Positions 1 to 8,362 are shown, counted from the stretch's first letter. The stretch is 64,000 nt of DNA from an uncultured Alphaproteobacteria bacterium (GCA_963784325.1 CAWARC010000042.1:26841-90840); one strand, 5' to 3'. The notes: generated by a model from the sequence alone, not told the origin. Numbers and translations are program-made.

Positions 1-388
1 TTGCGCCTCGAACTGCGGGAAGGGATCCGGGTGTGGAGTATCAGTGCGTTGCTGCGTGGATCAACGCCCCATCAATGGCCTGAACATCTGCCGTTTAGCG
101 TTTAGTGGCTCTACGCCGAGTGTTCAACGCAGGATTTATCTGCCGGTGAAGATTTGGACGTCCCGTCTTCGGACAGCGGATCATAAGCATGTCCATACAG
201 TCCGCTCCTTTCGTGGTTGTACATCGCGAGGGACGTAGGTCCTGCTGTGCGAAGAAACCATAATAACTCGGTGCCAATTCGGCGACTTTGTTGAGGCGAC
301 GCAAACGCTCTCGTCCTTTAGTGACGCGCCTGTGCTTTTGCGCTACAATACTGATGGCTGGAGGGCCTCCAATCGAGGAGCGTCACCG

Positions 389-792
389 ATGTGCGACTAT
401 AGCCTTCACGATGTGGCGTCACGACCAGCAAGAGTAGGCGACAAACTGACCACGCGGGACTTCGGCACTGGTACGCGCGGATTCGCTGGCGCGGATGATG
501 CTCGGGTTGCTGTTTGCGTTCTTCCGGGAACCGAATTGGCATTTGCCGAGCCGGTCGAATGCGGACACAGAAGTCTTCTGAAATGGGGCCGGAAGACGTT
601 CAATCACCGAACGGCAATTTTCCGGCAGATCAATAAAGAACGCGCCGCAGCGCATCATGACGCTCTGGAGTTCCGGACGGGCAGTTTGTACTGCTGACCA
701 GCCTGTGGGAAGGTCAGGAGGCCGTAGTGCTTCCGTTGCCGGCGCAGCCCACGACAGCGGCGGAGATAGGGACCCAGAAGCGCGCTGTTTAG
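389..792 (+). pseudogene. Conserved hypothetical protein starting MCDYSL, disrupted by a -1 frame break near 673 and with its 3' end displaced by an IS insertion
   Basis: GAGGAG at 375-380, ATG at 389. ORF 332..697 reads MCDYSLHDVASRPARVGDKL...HDALEF and then stops. The sequence continues in the -1 frame from 673 as PDGQFVLLTSLWEGQEAVVLPLPAQP... to TAG 790-792, which sits at the IS junction. Confidence 0.5.
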
Positions 793-2312
793 TCGTCGGT
801 GAACAACGGCTAAGGGTTTGAATGTGAGTCTGTTTTTGGGCTTTGCGTGATTTGAGATTGCAGGATTTTGCTGTTTGAGTGCCGAGAACCTTGCAATTTC
901 ACTTTTGGATTTCCTTGAGCCGCGAACCATGATTCTCTGGCTGCATCGGAGGGGACGATGCGGCCGAAGCAACACGAGACGACGGGATCAGGCGATCTGT
1001 TCCGAGCCAGGCTCGATCAGATCATCAACCTGAAGCACGAGCTGGTGCAGCTCGCCAGCAAGATCGACTGGGAGTGGATCGATGGCGAGATCGCGCCGCT
1101 CTACAGCGACCAGGGCCGGCCCGGGATAGCGACCCGCTTCGTGATCGGACTTCTGCTGCTCAAGCACATCTATGGACTGTCCGACGAGGACGTGTGTGAG
1201 CGCTGGGTCCATGACCCGTATTTCCAGTATTTCACTGGCGAAGAGTTCTTCCAGCACAGCTTCCCGCACGAGCGCTCGGACCTCAGCCACTGGCGCAAGC
1301 GCCTCGGCGACAAGCTGGAACTGCTGCTAGCCGAGAGCCTGCGGGTGGCACACGCGAGCGGCGCACTGCGGACGAAGGACCTGGCGCGGGTCACGGTCGA
1401 CACCACCGTGCAGCCCAAGGCGATCACCTTCCCGACCGATGCCAAGCTGCTGCACGCGGCGATCAAGGGGCTCAACCGCCTGGCCAGGAAGCATGGAGTG
1501 CAGCTGCGACAATCTTATCTGCGCATCGCCAAGCAGGCGGCGATGATGGCCGGGCGCTACGCCCATGCCAAGCAGTTCAACCGCCATCGCCGGCAGTTAC
1601 GCATCCTGCGCACGCGGCTCGGCCGCATCATCCGCGACATCGGCCGCAAGATCGCAGGCAAGACGGACCTTGAGGCAACATTCGCTTGGCCACTCGCGCG
1701 CGCCAGCCAGATCCGCTCACAGCAGCATCGCCAGCGCGGCTGGAAGCTGTATTCCTTCCATGCCCCGGAGGTCGAATGCATTGGCAAAGGCAAGGCCAGC
1801 GCGCCCTATGAGTTCGGCGTCAAGGTCTCGATCGCCACCACCAACGCCCGCGCGCCGGGCGGCCAGTTCGTGCTGCACGCCAAGGCGCAGCCAGGTAATC
1901 CGTATGACGGGCACACGCTGCGGTCCGCGATCGAGGACACCGAGAGACGCACCGAGCGCGAGATCGAGCGTGCCTATGTCGACAAGGGATACCGCGGCCA
2001 CGATGCGCAGAACCCGCATCGCATCTTCATCTCCGGGCAGAAGCGCGGCGTGTTCGGTGCCATCAAGCGCGAATTGCGACGCCGCTCTGCCATCGAGCCC
2101 GTGATCGGACACATGAAGGCCGAGGGCCATCTCGGCCGCTGCTATCTCAAGGGAACCGCCGGCGACGCCGCCAACGCCATCCTCACCGCCGTCGGCCACA
2201 ACCTCCGACGCGTCCTCGCCTGGCTGAAGTTTCTTTTGTGCCTGATCGTCGTCGCCCTACGCAGCGCCCTCGCAACCCATCCCACACTCAAATTGGCTTC
2301 TTAACGGACGAC
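792..2312 (+). mobile_element. IS5-family insertion sequence (about 1.5 kb, single transposase gene)
   Basis: Imperfect terminal inverted repeats: left end 792- GTCGTCGGTGAACAACGG...TTTGAATGTG; right end read as reverse complement from 2312, GTCGTCCGTTAAGAAGCC...TTTGAGTGTG. Flanked by the direct repeat TGTTTA at 786-791 and 2313-2318. Confidence 0.7.
958..2304 (+). CDS. IS5-family (IS5/IS1182-like) DDE transposase
   Basis: 448 aa. N-terminal InsH/DUF772-like region (DLFRARLDQIINLKHELVQLA, RPGIATRFVIGLLLLKHIYGLSDEDV) and a C-terminal DDE region (YVDKGYRGHD...SAIEPVIGHMKAEGHLGRCYLKG). Confidence 0.85.
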   Translation: MRPKQHETTGSGDLFRARLDQIINLKHELVQLASKIDWEWIDGEIAPLYSDQGRPGIATRFVIGLLLLKHIYGLSDEDVCERWVHDPYFQYFTGEEFFQHSFPHERSDLSHWRKRLGDKLELLLAESLRVAHASGALRTKDLARVTVDTTVQPKAITFPTDAKLLHAAIKGLNRLARKHGVQLRQSYLRIAKQAAMMAGRYAHAKQFNRHRRQLRILRTRLGRIIRDIGRKIAGKTDLEATFAWPLARASQIRSQQHRQRGWKLYSFHAPEVECIGKGKASAPYEFGVKVSIATTNARAPGGQFVLHAKAQPGNPYDGHTLRSAIEDTERRTEREIERAYVDKGYRGHDAQNPHRIFISGQKRGVFGAIKRELRRRSAIEPVIGHMKAEGHLGRCYLKGTAGDAANAILTAVGHNLRRVLAWLKFLLCLIVVALRSALATHPTLKLAS

Positions 2313-2350
2313 TGTTTACGCTGGATGAGGCTGTCGATTACGCGACGTCA

Positions 2351-2380
2351 CGGTAGGCCGCCGCGCGAGGCGGCCTACCG
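2351..2380. terminator. Perfect 12-bp-stem hairpin between convergent genes (candidate bidirectional terminator)
   Basis: CGGTAGGCCGCC-GCGCGA-GGCGGCCTACCG. It lies downstream of the reconstructed end of the MCDYSL gene (+) and of the phasin-like gene (-). No clear T-tract. Confidence 0.45.
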
Positions 2381-2521
2381 ACTCACGTCACATCTTCTTC
2401 CGTTCTTGTAAATAGGTGTCCGCGACTGTCTTCCCTGTTTGGGACAATCGCTCTCCCGCGGGCATCCTTCGCAAACGCCCGAGGTTCACTGCCTCACATT
2501 GAGGCTAGCTGCGCGAAAAAA

Positions 2522-2908
2522 CTACGCGCCAACTCCAACGCTCGACCAACCATTCGAAAGTAGGCGCGTGCTGGTGTCCATAAATTTCTGACTGTTGGTC
2601 ATGAGCCGACGAGCATTTTCAGCACGTGTACTCATTCCCTCGCTAAGCCATTCCTGATACGCCGCCAAGGCATCAGGAACCGAATGCGCCTCGGTCAGCT
2701 TTTTGGATAGTGTGAGACTGATTTCGGTCTCGGCTGTAGCGCATGACACAAGTTCCCGGCCTAGCTCCTCGAGTGCCTTGAATAACTCTTTCTGGGCGCG
2801 AAGCGTTGCCTCGCCAATTTTCTTCCCAGTTTCGGCAAATTGCGCCTGGGTCGTCCTCGACACCATCGGATCGGTGAAGCGGTCCGAGCTATTTTCCTCC
2901 TTGGGCAT
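2522..2908 (-). CDS. Phasin-like (PHA granule-associated) family protein
   Basis: ORF 2522..2947 trimmed to ATG 2908 (MPKEENSS...), preceded by AGGAAC. Small helical protein with ...ALAAYQEWLSEGMSTRAENARRLMTNSQKFMDTSTRLL, resembling phasin_2-type proteins. Family assignment is by eye only. Confidence 0.45.
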   Translation of the reverse strand: MPKEENSSDRFTDPMVSRTTQAQFAETGKKIGEATLRAQKELFKALEELGRELVSCATAETEISLTLSKKLTEAHSVPDALAAYQEWLSEGMSTRAENARRLMTNSQKFMDTSTRLLSNGWSSVGVGA

Positions 2909-3114
2909 GTTCTGGTTCCTTTTTCTTGGCGGGAACCCAGCCGTCACTCTGCTACCGCACTCATGAGTGCTTACAGGGTGCCCACCCGAAAAAAAAGTTA
3001 CGCGGACTTTTGGGCTTCAATGTGGAAGATTGGCGGGCCGAGTCAGGGATAAGCGAAATTTTCTCGGTGGGCGCAATTGTCACAGCTGGCAGCCGTCAAA
3101 CAGTAGGCGAACGC

Positions 3115-3139
3115 GGAACCGAAAGCGGCAATAACCGTT
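3115..3139 (+). promoter_or_regulatory. Sigma-EcfG-type (general stress response) promoter motif GGAAC-N16-CGTT
   Basis: GGAAC at 3115-3119, 16-nt spacer, CGTT at 3136-3139. It lies 73 nt upstream of the SPW-repeat gene ATG (3212), same strand. Confidence 0.6.
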
Positions 3140-3211
3140 GGGCGGTAAAAGGTGGCCGGTGGTTCCGCGCTAGCCGATCGGATCATCGGCACTTTTGCGA
3201 TGGAGGTCGCT

Positions 3212-3574
3212 ATGGACAAGTGGAGAAATGCGGCAGCTTGTGATGTCGCCAATCTGATCCTCGGCGTGTTCCTGATCCTTAGCCCTTGGCTTCTTCATTT
3301 TGCGCCCGGGGTCCAAAGTTGGAACGCTTGGGCCGGCGGCGGCGTAATTGCCGTTCTATCGATTGCTGCCCTATTCGCTTTCGCGGAATGGGAGGAGTGG
3401 CTCAATCTCATCGTTGGCCTGTGGATCCTGGTCTCGCCCTGGGTACTCAAATTCTCCAGCAGCACTGACGCGATGCGAACCGCCGTCATTGTCGGGCTGA
3501 TCGTTGCCGTGATCGCCGCGATTGAGCTCTGGATGTTCCATCGCTCACCGCCGCGCCTGACCGCGTCACAGTAG
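3212..3574 (+). CDS. SPW repeat membrane protein
   Basis: GGAGG 5 nt upstream of ATG 3212. Two copies of the diagnostic LILSPWLL / LVSPWVL motifs in four predicted TM helices (MDKWRNAAACDVANLILGVFLILSPWLLHF...LWILVSPWVLKF). Confidence 0.8.
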   Translation: MDKWRNAAACDVANLILGVFLILSPWLLHFAPGVQSWNAWAGGGVIAVLSIAALFAFAEWEEWLNLIVGLWILVSPWVLKFSSSTDAMRTAVIVGLIVAVIAAIELWMFHRSPPRLTASQ

Positions 3575-3612
3575 TTGTAAGCGGCCACGGAACCCGCGCG
3601 CGCTAAGCCAGT

Positions 3613-3631
3613 AGGCCGCGTTAAGCGGCCT
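3613..3631 (+). terminator. Short GC hairpin downstream of the SPW gene
   Basis: AGGCCGC-GTTAA-GCGGCCT, 39 nt after the stop codon. No T-tract. Confidence 0.3.
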
Positions 3632-3901
3632 GCACGCGCGTGTGTCCGAATTGTCAGCACACGTGGGTGACTACCTCACGTTCAAGTGCGCTTTTGTGGA
3701 AGGAAGATTGTCGCAGGGTCGAGTGGACTCGTCCCCATGACCAAGTTCGGAACTTCAAAAACAGACAAGTTATAGACGTCCAGGAGCGAACCACAGGCTA
3801 GTCCGTCGCACCCGGCCAGATGGAACGAAGCGGTTCACGATGTCTTTCCCATTCGCACGCCCGGGTGATTGTGGCATAAAGATTTTAGAGAAGAATTTAG
3901 G

Positions 3902-4216
3902 ATGACCAACCTCAAAAGTCTCGCGATTGTCACTGGACTTCTTCTTGCTGGAGGAACTTCCATCGCAATGGCGCAAAACGGTCCCCCCACGCCACCCGCG
4001 GCCAGAGGCGCGGCAGGCAATGCCGCGGCACCTGGGCCGAACTATCTTTGGTCAGCAACTCCATCTCAGTACGTTCCCGGGCAATATTACAATTTTTATC
4101 CAGGTCAGGGGCCGGCGGCTGGCAACACGGCCTGGTGCGAGAACCATTACCGTTCGTACGACCCGGCCACGGGAATGTATCGCGGGTTTGATGGCCGCAT
4201 GCGCCCGTGTCGATGA
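3902..4216 (+). CDS. BA14K family secreted protein
   Basis: Signal peptide MTNLKSLAIVTGLLLAGGTSIAMAQ. C-terminal BA14K signature WCENHYRSYDPATGMYRGFDGRMRPC. The ORF-track start at 3869 is TTG; ATG 3902 is preferred. Confidence 0.8.
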   Translation: MTNLKSLAIVTGLLLAGGTSIAMAQNGPPTPPAARGAAGNAAAPGPNYLWSATPSQYVPGQYYNFYPGQGPAAGNTAWCENHYRSYDPATGMYRGFDGRMRPCR

Positions 4217-4235
4217 GGCAACGATTGTGTCGCGT

Positions 4236-4261
4236 GCCGCCTGTCAGTTTCGGCAGGCGGC
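4236..4261 (+). terminator. Hairpin downstream of the BA14K gene
   Basis: GCCGCCTG-N10-CAGGCGGC, starting 20 nt after the stop. No T-tract. Confidence 0.3.
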
Positions 4262-4398
4262 TCGCGTCGCGGGCAGCGGTGCCGCAGGATTGTAGGTCGT
4301 CGCAGCCGAGAACAACTCGCACTTGCCGGAGAGCGCCCGTCTGTCGGATGGCGGACACGCTGTCGTCATTGGCGTCACAATCCAAGGAGCCTCCAGCC

Positions 4399-4902
4399 AT
4401 GAACCGAAGAATGATCCTTCTTGCCGCGGCCGTAGTGACAGCCTCCCCCGCGCTCGCGCAAACCTCGTCGCAATCGCAAATGGGCGAGGCGGAGAAGACC
4501 CACGCAGAAAAGACTGCCGCAATCGGTGGGGCCTCATTGCAGATGGCCGACATTGCCATGCAGAAAGCCACTCATCCGAAGGTCAGGGAGTTCGCCAAAT
4601 TCGAACACGACGAGCAAACCACGGTGGCTGCGATCCTCAAATCGATGGATCCCAGTTTAAATCCGCCCGCGCCGCCGTCGGATGTAGCTGCAGCTCTTGA
4701 TAAGCTCAAGCAAATGAGAGCAGGCTCGGCCTTCGATCGCGAGTTCATTTCCGCTCCAACCGAAGGCCAGGAGATGCTGCGCACTATCCAGGAGGATTAC
4801 CTGAAAGTGAGACGGAATGACGCGCGATGGATGACGGCAATACAAATGACGATCAAATCGTCGAAAGCGCCGCAATTAATGAAATTTCCGACCAGGATCT
4901 AA
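4399..4902 (+). CDS. DUF4142 domain periplasmic protein
   Basis: AAGGAG at 4385-4390, ATG at 4399. Signal peptide MNRRMILLAAAVVTASPALAQ. ...HPKVREFAKFEHDEQTTVAAILKSM...AGSAFDREFI... is typical of DUF4142. The C-terminal 40 aa look atypical and may be degraded. Confidence 0.6.
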   Translation: MNRRMILLAAAVVTASPALAQTSSQSQMGEAEKTHAEKTAAIGGASLQMADIAMQKATHPKVREFAKFEHDEQTTVAAILKSMDPSLNPPAPPSDVAAALDKLKQMRAGSAFDREFISAPTEGQEMLRTIQEDYLKVRRNDARWMTAIQMTIKSSKAPQLMKFPTRI

Positions 4903-5107
4903 AAGCCGCTACGCATTCCGGTCGGCTCCGTGCCAACTTTGCTGCTCGTCACTTACTGCTTCGCTTGTCCGGCCGTAGTTCCGAGCATCACGATAGGCGC
5001 GACGCGGTAGCCAGTTGCGCCCATGTAGGCTTCAAGGTTGGACGACCTCGGGGTCACCGGCGCTTACATTCTCGAGCATGCGCAATGTTTTTCATCAAAA
5101 CAAAATT

Positions 5108-5203
5108 GAGACGTAAATGGCAGAGACGTAAATAGCAGAGACGTAAATAGCAGAGATGTAAATAGCAGAGACGTAAATAGCAGAGACGTAAATAGCAGAG
5201 ATG
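5108..5203. repeat. Tandem direct repeat, 15-bp unit GAGACGTAAATAGCA x ~6.4
   Basis: Units start at 5108, 5123, 5138, 5153, 5168 and 5183, with a partial unit at 5198. Variants: copy 1 has ..AAATGGCA, copy 4 has GAGATG... This produces the artefactual LCYLRLCYLR ORF on the minus strand. Confidence 0.95.
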
Positions 5204-5354
5204 GGTCACGAACGTCGGATTTTGGCTTTCCTCGGCACGTCCGCTGTCACCCTGAACGCCGACATTTCCTGGCGCCGCGAGGCCACAAAGAGACTTATGC
5301 ACTGTAGCAAACTTGGAAGATTCAACCGCAGCGCATGCGGGGAGCAGCTAAGCA

Positions 5355-5531
5355 TTAGTCGTCGTCATTCGGACCCAGCACATTGCCATTTTCGGGATTG
5401 ACCAAGTGGACATTGCCACAGGCCGTGCAGGTGATCGCCTCATAAAATCCCTCGTCCTTTTCGGGATCGTCAGCCATCCACCCTTGCACCTGCAAGCCGG
5501 TAGTGGGGCAGCGGTAAAGAAACGTGGCCAC
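5355..5531 (-). CDS. Small zinc-ribbon-like conserved hypothetical protein
   Basis: ORF 5355..5606 trimmed to GTG 5531: (M)ATFLYRCPTTGLQVQGWMADDPEKDEGFYEAITCTACGNVHLVNPENG. It has a CPxxG...CxxC pair. The start codon is uncertain. Confidence 0.45.
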   Translation of the reverse strand: MATFLYRCPTTGLQVQGWMADDPEKDEGFYEAITCTACGNVHLVNPENGNVLGPNDDD

Positions 5532-5783
5532 GTCTAGACCGCACCCGTGATTGCCAGGGCGTAAACGAACACGGCCATAAGCCCGAGCGCGGTGACTACT
5601 TCCCACTCCATGGTCGACAATCGACTAACAGGGATGGTGTTTCCCCAGGCCATGCTCGGACATAATGTCACTGCCCGCACGGATGGCCCCGGATTGGGGT
5701 CCAGAGGGGGCTCGTGGACTGTCCGGGGCCAAGGCTACGCTGGTTGTTGCCAAGCCCAACGTGCCCATTGCGGAATTTCGCTA

Positions 5784-5915
5784 TTACGACGGTGTTCCCG
5801 CTTGATTTTGTCGCAACAAGTTCGGCGCCTTCGCGATGTTCTCCGCAATGCGCCTCGCCTCGTCTTTGGTAAGCAGCTTTGCCGCTGATGGTATATGTCC
5901 AGTGTCATGGGCCAT
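5784..5915 (-). CDS. Small hypothetical protein (43 aa)
   Basis: MAHDTGHIPSAAKLLTKDEARRIAENIAKAPNLLRQNQ; weak RBS. It recalls small LLTKDEARRIAxNIAKLPELL proteins of rhizobia, from memory only. Confidence 0.25.
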   Translation of the reverse strand: MAHDTGHIPSAAKLLTKDEARRIAENIAKAPNLLRQNQAGTPS

Positions 5916-6186
5916 ATCACGAAGACCCGTTTGACGATATGGGCACCTGACATGCCTGATCGCGCAGATCAATGGTTTTCTCAACCCGACGCGCTCGATC
6001 TGGCGATTGCCGCGAGAGAACGCGGCATGAGCCATTCAAAACGGCGCCAGCCATAGGCCAAGCGCGAGGACAAAGACGCCTGCCCACAGCGCGGCATTGG
6101 TGATGATCTCGAATAGGTGGCTCACGGTGAGATGATCCACTCTTGCAGATAGGTCAAGCCAAATAGCGCCACACCGGTGACGCTGA

Positions 6187-6425
6187 ATACTAATAGTTCC
6201 GGTACACACAGGCCTTTCGGCGCTCGAGGACAATCTTGCTGTCGTCGGAAACCTGATCTACTTCAGCTTCGTGACTCTGACGTCGGTGAGCTATGGCGAC
6301 ATCGTCACGCTGCATCCGTTTGCGCGTGGTCTTGCGAATGTCGAGGCCATCATAGGCCAACTCTACCCGCAACCCTGTTGGCGCGGCTCGTTACGCTGGA
6401 GCTAGAAAGTCGGCGTGGCAAATAA
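6187..6425 (+). pseudogene. Two-TM potassium-channel fragment (pore loop plus inner helix), 5'-truncated and frameshifted
   Basis: The open frame reads ...NLIYFSFVTLTSVSYGDIVTLHPFARGLANVEAIIGQLYP (selectivity-filter-like TLTSVSYGD). No TM1 or start lies upstream (stops are present). After 6368 the tail ATLLARLVTLELESRRGK is in another frame. Confidence 0.55.
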
Positions 6426-6439
6426 GCCTACGCCCGGAT

Positions 6440-6742
6440 ATGATTTTCGGAAAGGACAGTCATGTGCCGCGCGGTGATGTCCGGATCGAGAACGTGCCCA
6501 ATGCCACGATTGTGCATCCGACTGACGCGGTTATCCGCGTGACACGCGCCTGCGTCTGCGAAAGCGATCTTTGGCGCTACAATGAGCTGGAACCTACGCC
6601 AGGAGGCCGCCCTATGGGCCGCGAGGCGATCGGCGTGGTTGAAGCCATGGGCGCCAATGTGCGCATCATTGGTCGGCTCTATCCGGCGACGCTCCTGGCG
6701 CAACTCGTCACTCTCGTACTTGAGGGTCTGCGCAGCAAATAG
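6440..6742 (+). pseudogene. Chimeric remnant: Zn-dependent alcohol dehydrogenase N-terminal fragment fused to a second copy of the channel C-terminal tail
   Basis: GDVRIENVPNATIVHPTDAVIRVTRACVCESDLW...MGREAIGVVEAMGANVR is a GroES-like ADH N-terminus with degraded CGSD and GHE motifs. It is followed in frame by IIGRLYPATLLAQLVTLVLEGLRSK. Confidence 0.5.
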
Positions 6743-6870
6743 CGTGGCCGCACTGATTTGTAGTATCAAACAGAGACCTACGGAATTATGCGGACGTAGT
6801 TTGGCGGATCGCGCCGGAAAACCTCGCCAGGTACGAGATGTGCAAACCTGACTAGGTTTTTATATGAGTA

Positions 6871-7731
6871 TTACGGTAGGCTACCGAGCGCGTAAGCTGC
6901 ACGATTCAATGTCCCAGGCTCCAGGCCGATCTGGCTAAACCACTTTTTGAACTCGTCATAAATCAACCCGCTGCGGAAGATTTGAGCTAGACCAGTATTG
7001 ACTGCCAACCGCAGGGCCCAATCTCCTCGGGGTAGGACAATGGCATAGGCCTCCATCGACAGATCATCGGGCAACATCATCAACGCTGAGGCATTTTTCA
7101 CCTGTGTGCCAAGCAAGAGCAATTTGTCTCCCGCATAGCCATCCACCTTGCCGGCCTCTAAGGCGGCGACGCCTTCATCCCTGTTATTAACAGGGACCAA
7201 GGTGACACCTAAATTGTCGTGGTTACTTTGCGCCATGACGGCGTCGCCGTTAGTTGTCCCGGACACGACTGCAATCTTTTTCCCTGCCATATCCGAAAAG
7301 GCATGAATGTTAGCGGCTTGGGATACCAGGACGCCCGTCGATTCGACGAAGATAATGTTGGAAAAATCGACTTCCTTCATGCGCGCCAACGTTACAGTGC
7401 TAGATCCGCATTCTATGTCTGCCCGGCCACTTGATACGGCAGTCAAACGCGAATGCACATCCACTGGTACCCATTGGATTTTCAGATCTGCCAAACCGAC
7501 CTGTTGCGCGATCGATTTTGTGACCGATTGGCATACGTCGACCGAGAAACCCACGGCTTCGTGTTTGTCGTTGGCAAATGCGAACGGCGTCGCATCAGTG
7601 CGATAGGCTATACGGATAGTCTTACTGTCGCTGATCGTTTTAAGGCGGCTGTCGGACGGATATTGTGGCTGCGCAGATGCCGTCGCCAAAAATCCGAAAA
7701 TCGCAACCAAGAGTCCAATAACTCGAAACAT
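6871..7731 (-). CDS. Amino-acid ABC transporter substrate-binding protein (family 3), orphan
   Basis: 286 aa. Signal peptide MFRVIGLLVAIFGFLATASA. IRIAYRTDATPFAF...GFSVDVC...ADIECGSSTVTLARMKEVDFS is typical of SBP_bac_3. No permease or ATPase gene is adjacent. Confidence 0.8.
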   Translation of the reverse strand: MFRVIGLLVAIFGFLATASAQPQYPSDSRLKTISDSKTIRIAYRTDATPFAFANDKHEAVGFSVDVCQSVTKSIAQQVGLADLKIQWVPVDVHSRLTAVSSGRADIECGSSTVTLARMKEVDFSNIIFVESTGVLVSQAANIHAFSDMAGKKIAVVSGTTNGDAVMAQSNHDNLGVTLVPVNNRDEGVAALEAGKVDGYAGDKLLLLGTQVKNASALMMLPDDLSMEAYAIVLPRGDWALRLAVNTGLAQIFRSGLIYDEFKKWFSQIGLEPGTLNRAAYALGSLP

Positions 7732-8067
7732 TTTCGTACTCCCCAGAAACCATTACTTGCGACTAAGCTAGCGGCTCATATCCGAACAACCGAAAGGAAA
7801 CCTAGTGGCACGGCACCAGTTTCCACTGGCCAAGCGTTCGGACCAAACATACCATCGCCGCGCTCGTCCATGTCGCGAGACCGACCAGACGGCGTATTAA
7901 TTTCAATGCCATAGCCGTCACCCCTTTAAAGCTATGAAACTAAGCTCGCCGCCGTCCGGTATCGCAAAATGTGTGGCCTTTCCCCCTGGAGATGCTTGAG
8001 AGAAGTATTGTCAGTATACTGGAATGCTCTATCGTCAGCATGGCAAAAGTTGGCGCAGGGCGGTCTA

Positions 8068-8240
8068 AATTCCCTGTTCTGAAGATTTCTTTCCCTGTTA
8101 TCGCTTCAGAATTCCCTGTTCTGGTACGCAGGGAATTGGATCAAAATTCCCCATCGCATCGACACTATTCGGGACTTCCGGAGCCGCGGGCAGCCAAGTT
8201 TTGCGAAATTCCCTGTATTTTTCCCTGTTATCAGGGAATT
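8068..8240. promoter_or_regulatory. Array of TTCCCTG(T) motifs forming direct repeats and two perfect palindromes (candidate operator region)
   Basis: TTCCCTGT at 8070, 8091, 8112, 8209 and 8221; CAGGGAAT(T) at 8129 and 8232. Palindromes: ATTCCCTG-N10-CAGGGAAT (8111-8136) and AATTCCCTG-N16-CAGGGAATT (8207-8240, with nested TTCCCTG-TTAT-CAGGGAA). AATTCCCTGTTCTG is repeated 42 bp apart. Confidence 0.5.
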
Positions 8241-8362
8241 CAGCGCGGAGACCGGTTCGAGATACACTGGGTCGTCAGCCAGGCAATGATTTACCCGCTT
8301 CAGGGGAAGCTTGATCTCGCTTACCTGTCGGCGCAGTCTTTCCCAAAACTGGAGGAAACGCT

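Noticed and set aside
2431-2439. An extra copy of TTCCCTGTT near the phasin-like gene.
   Set aside because: A single 9-mer occurrence is within chance expectation for a 64-kb window on two strands, and it has no palindromic partner of the 8111-8240 type.
3749-3847. GGAAC pentamers upstream of the BA14K gene (3749-3753 and 3822-3826) as EcfG promoters.
   Set aside because: Spacing and -10 do not fit. The first has GTT after only 15 nt. The second is followed by CTTT after 17 nt and fits only the loosest GGAAC-N18-TT form. Not reported as promoters.
5108-5203. Possible CRISPR array.
   Set aside because: The units are contiguous 15-mers with no spacers, far shorter than CRISPR repeats, and no cas genes are in the window.
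5054-5302. 82-aa ORF containing LCYLRLCYLRLCYLHLCYLRLCYLRLCHLRL.
   Set aside because: The periodic peptide is just the translation of the 15-bp tandem repeat. There is no RBS or other coding evidence.
5534-5611. 25-aa hydrophobic ORF (MEWEVVTALGLMAVFVYALAITGAV) ending 2 nt before the zinc-ribbon gene; vaguely KdpF-like.
   Set aside because: No SD and no kdp or oxidase context. It is too short to assess without homology search. Left unannotated.
6036-6233. 65-aa minus-strand ORF with a hydrophobic tail (…ALWAGVFVLALGLWLAPF), with another hydrophobic stretch in an adjacent frame.
   Set aside because: It looks like another frameshifted remnant in the same decayed patch. There is no start context or recognisable family, so it is not called as a gene.
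7806-7821. TGGCAC at 7806 as a sigma-54 -24 element.
   Set aside because: No TTGC(A/T) -12 element at the required 5-nt spacing (the sequence is TGGCAC-GGCAC-CAGTT). It is also 550 bp from the nearest downstream + strand gene.
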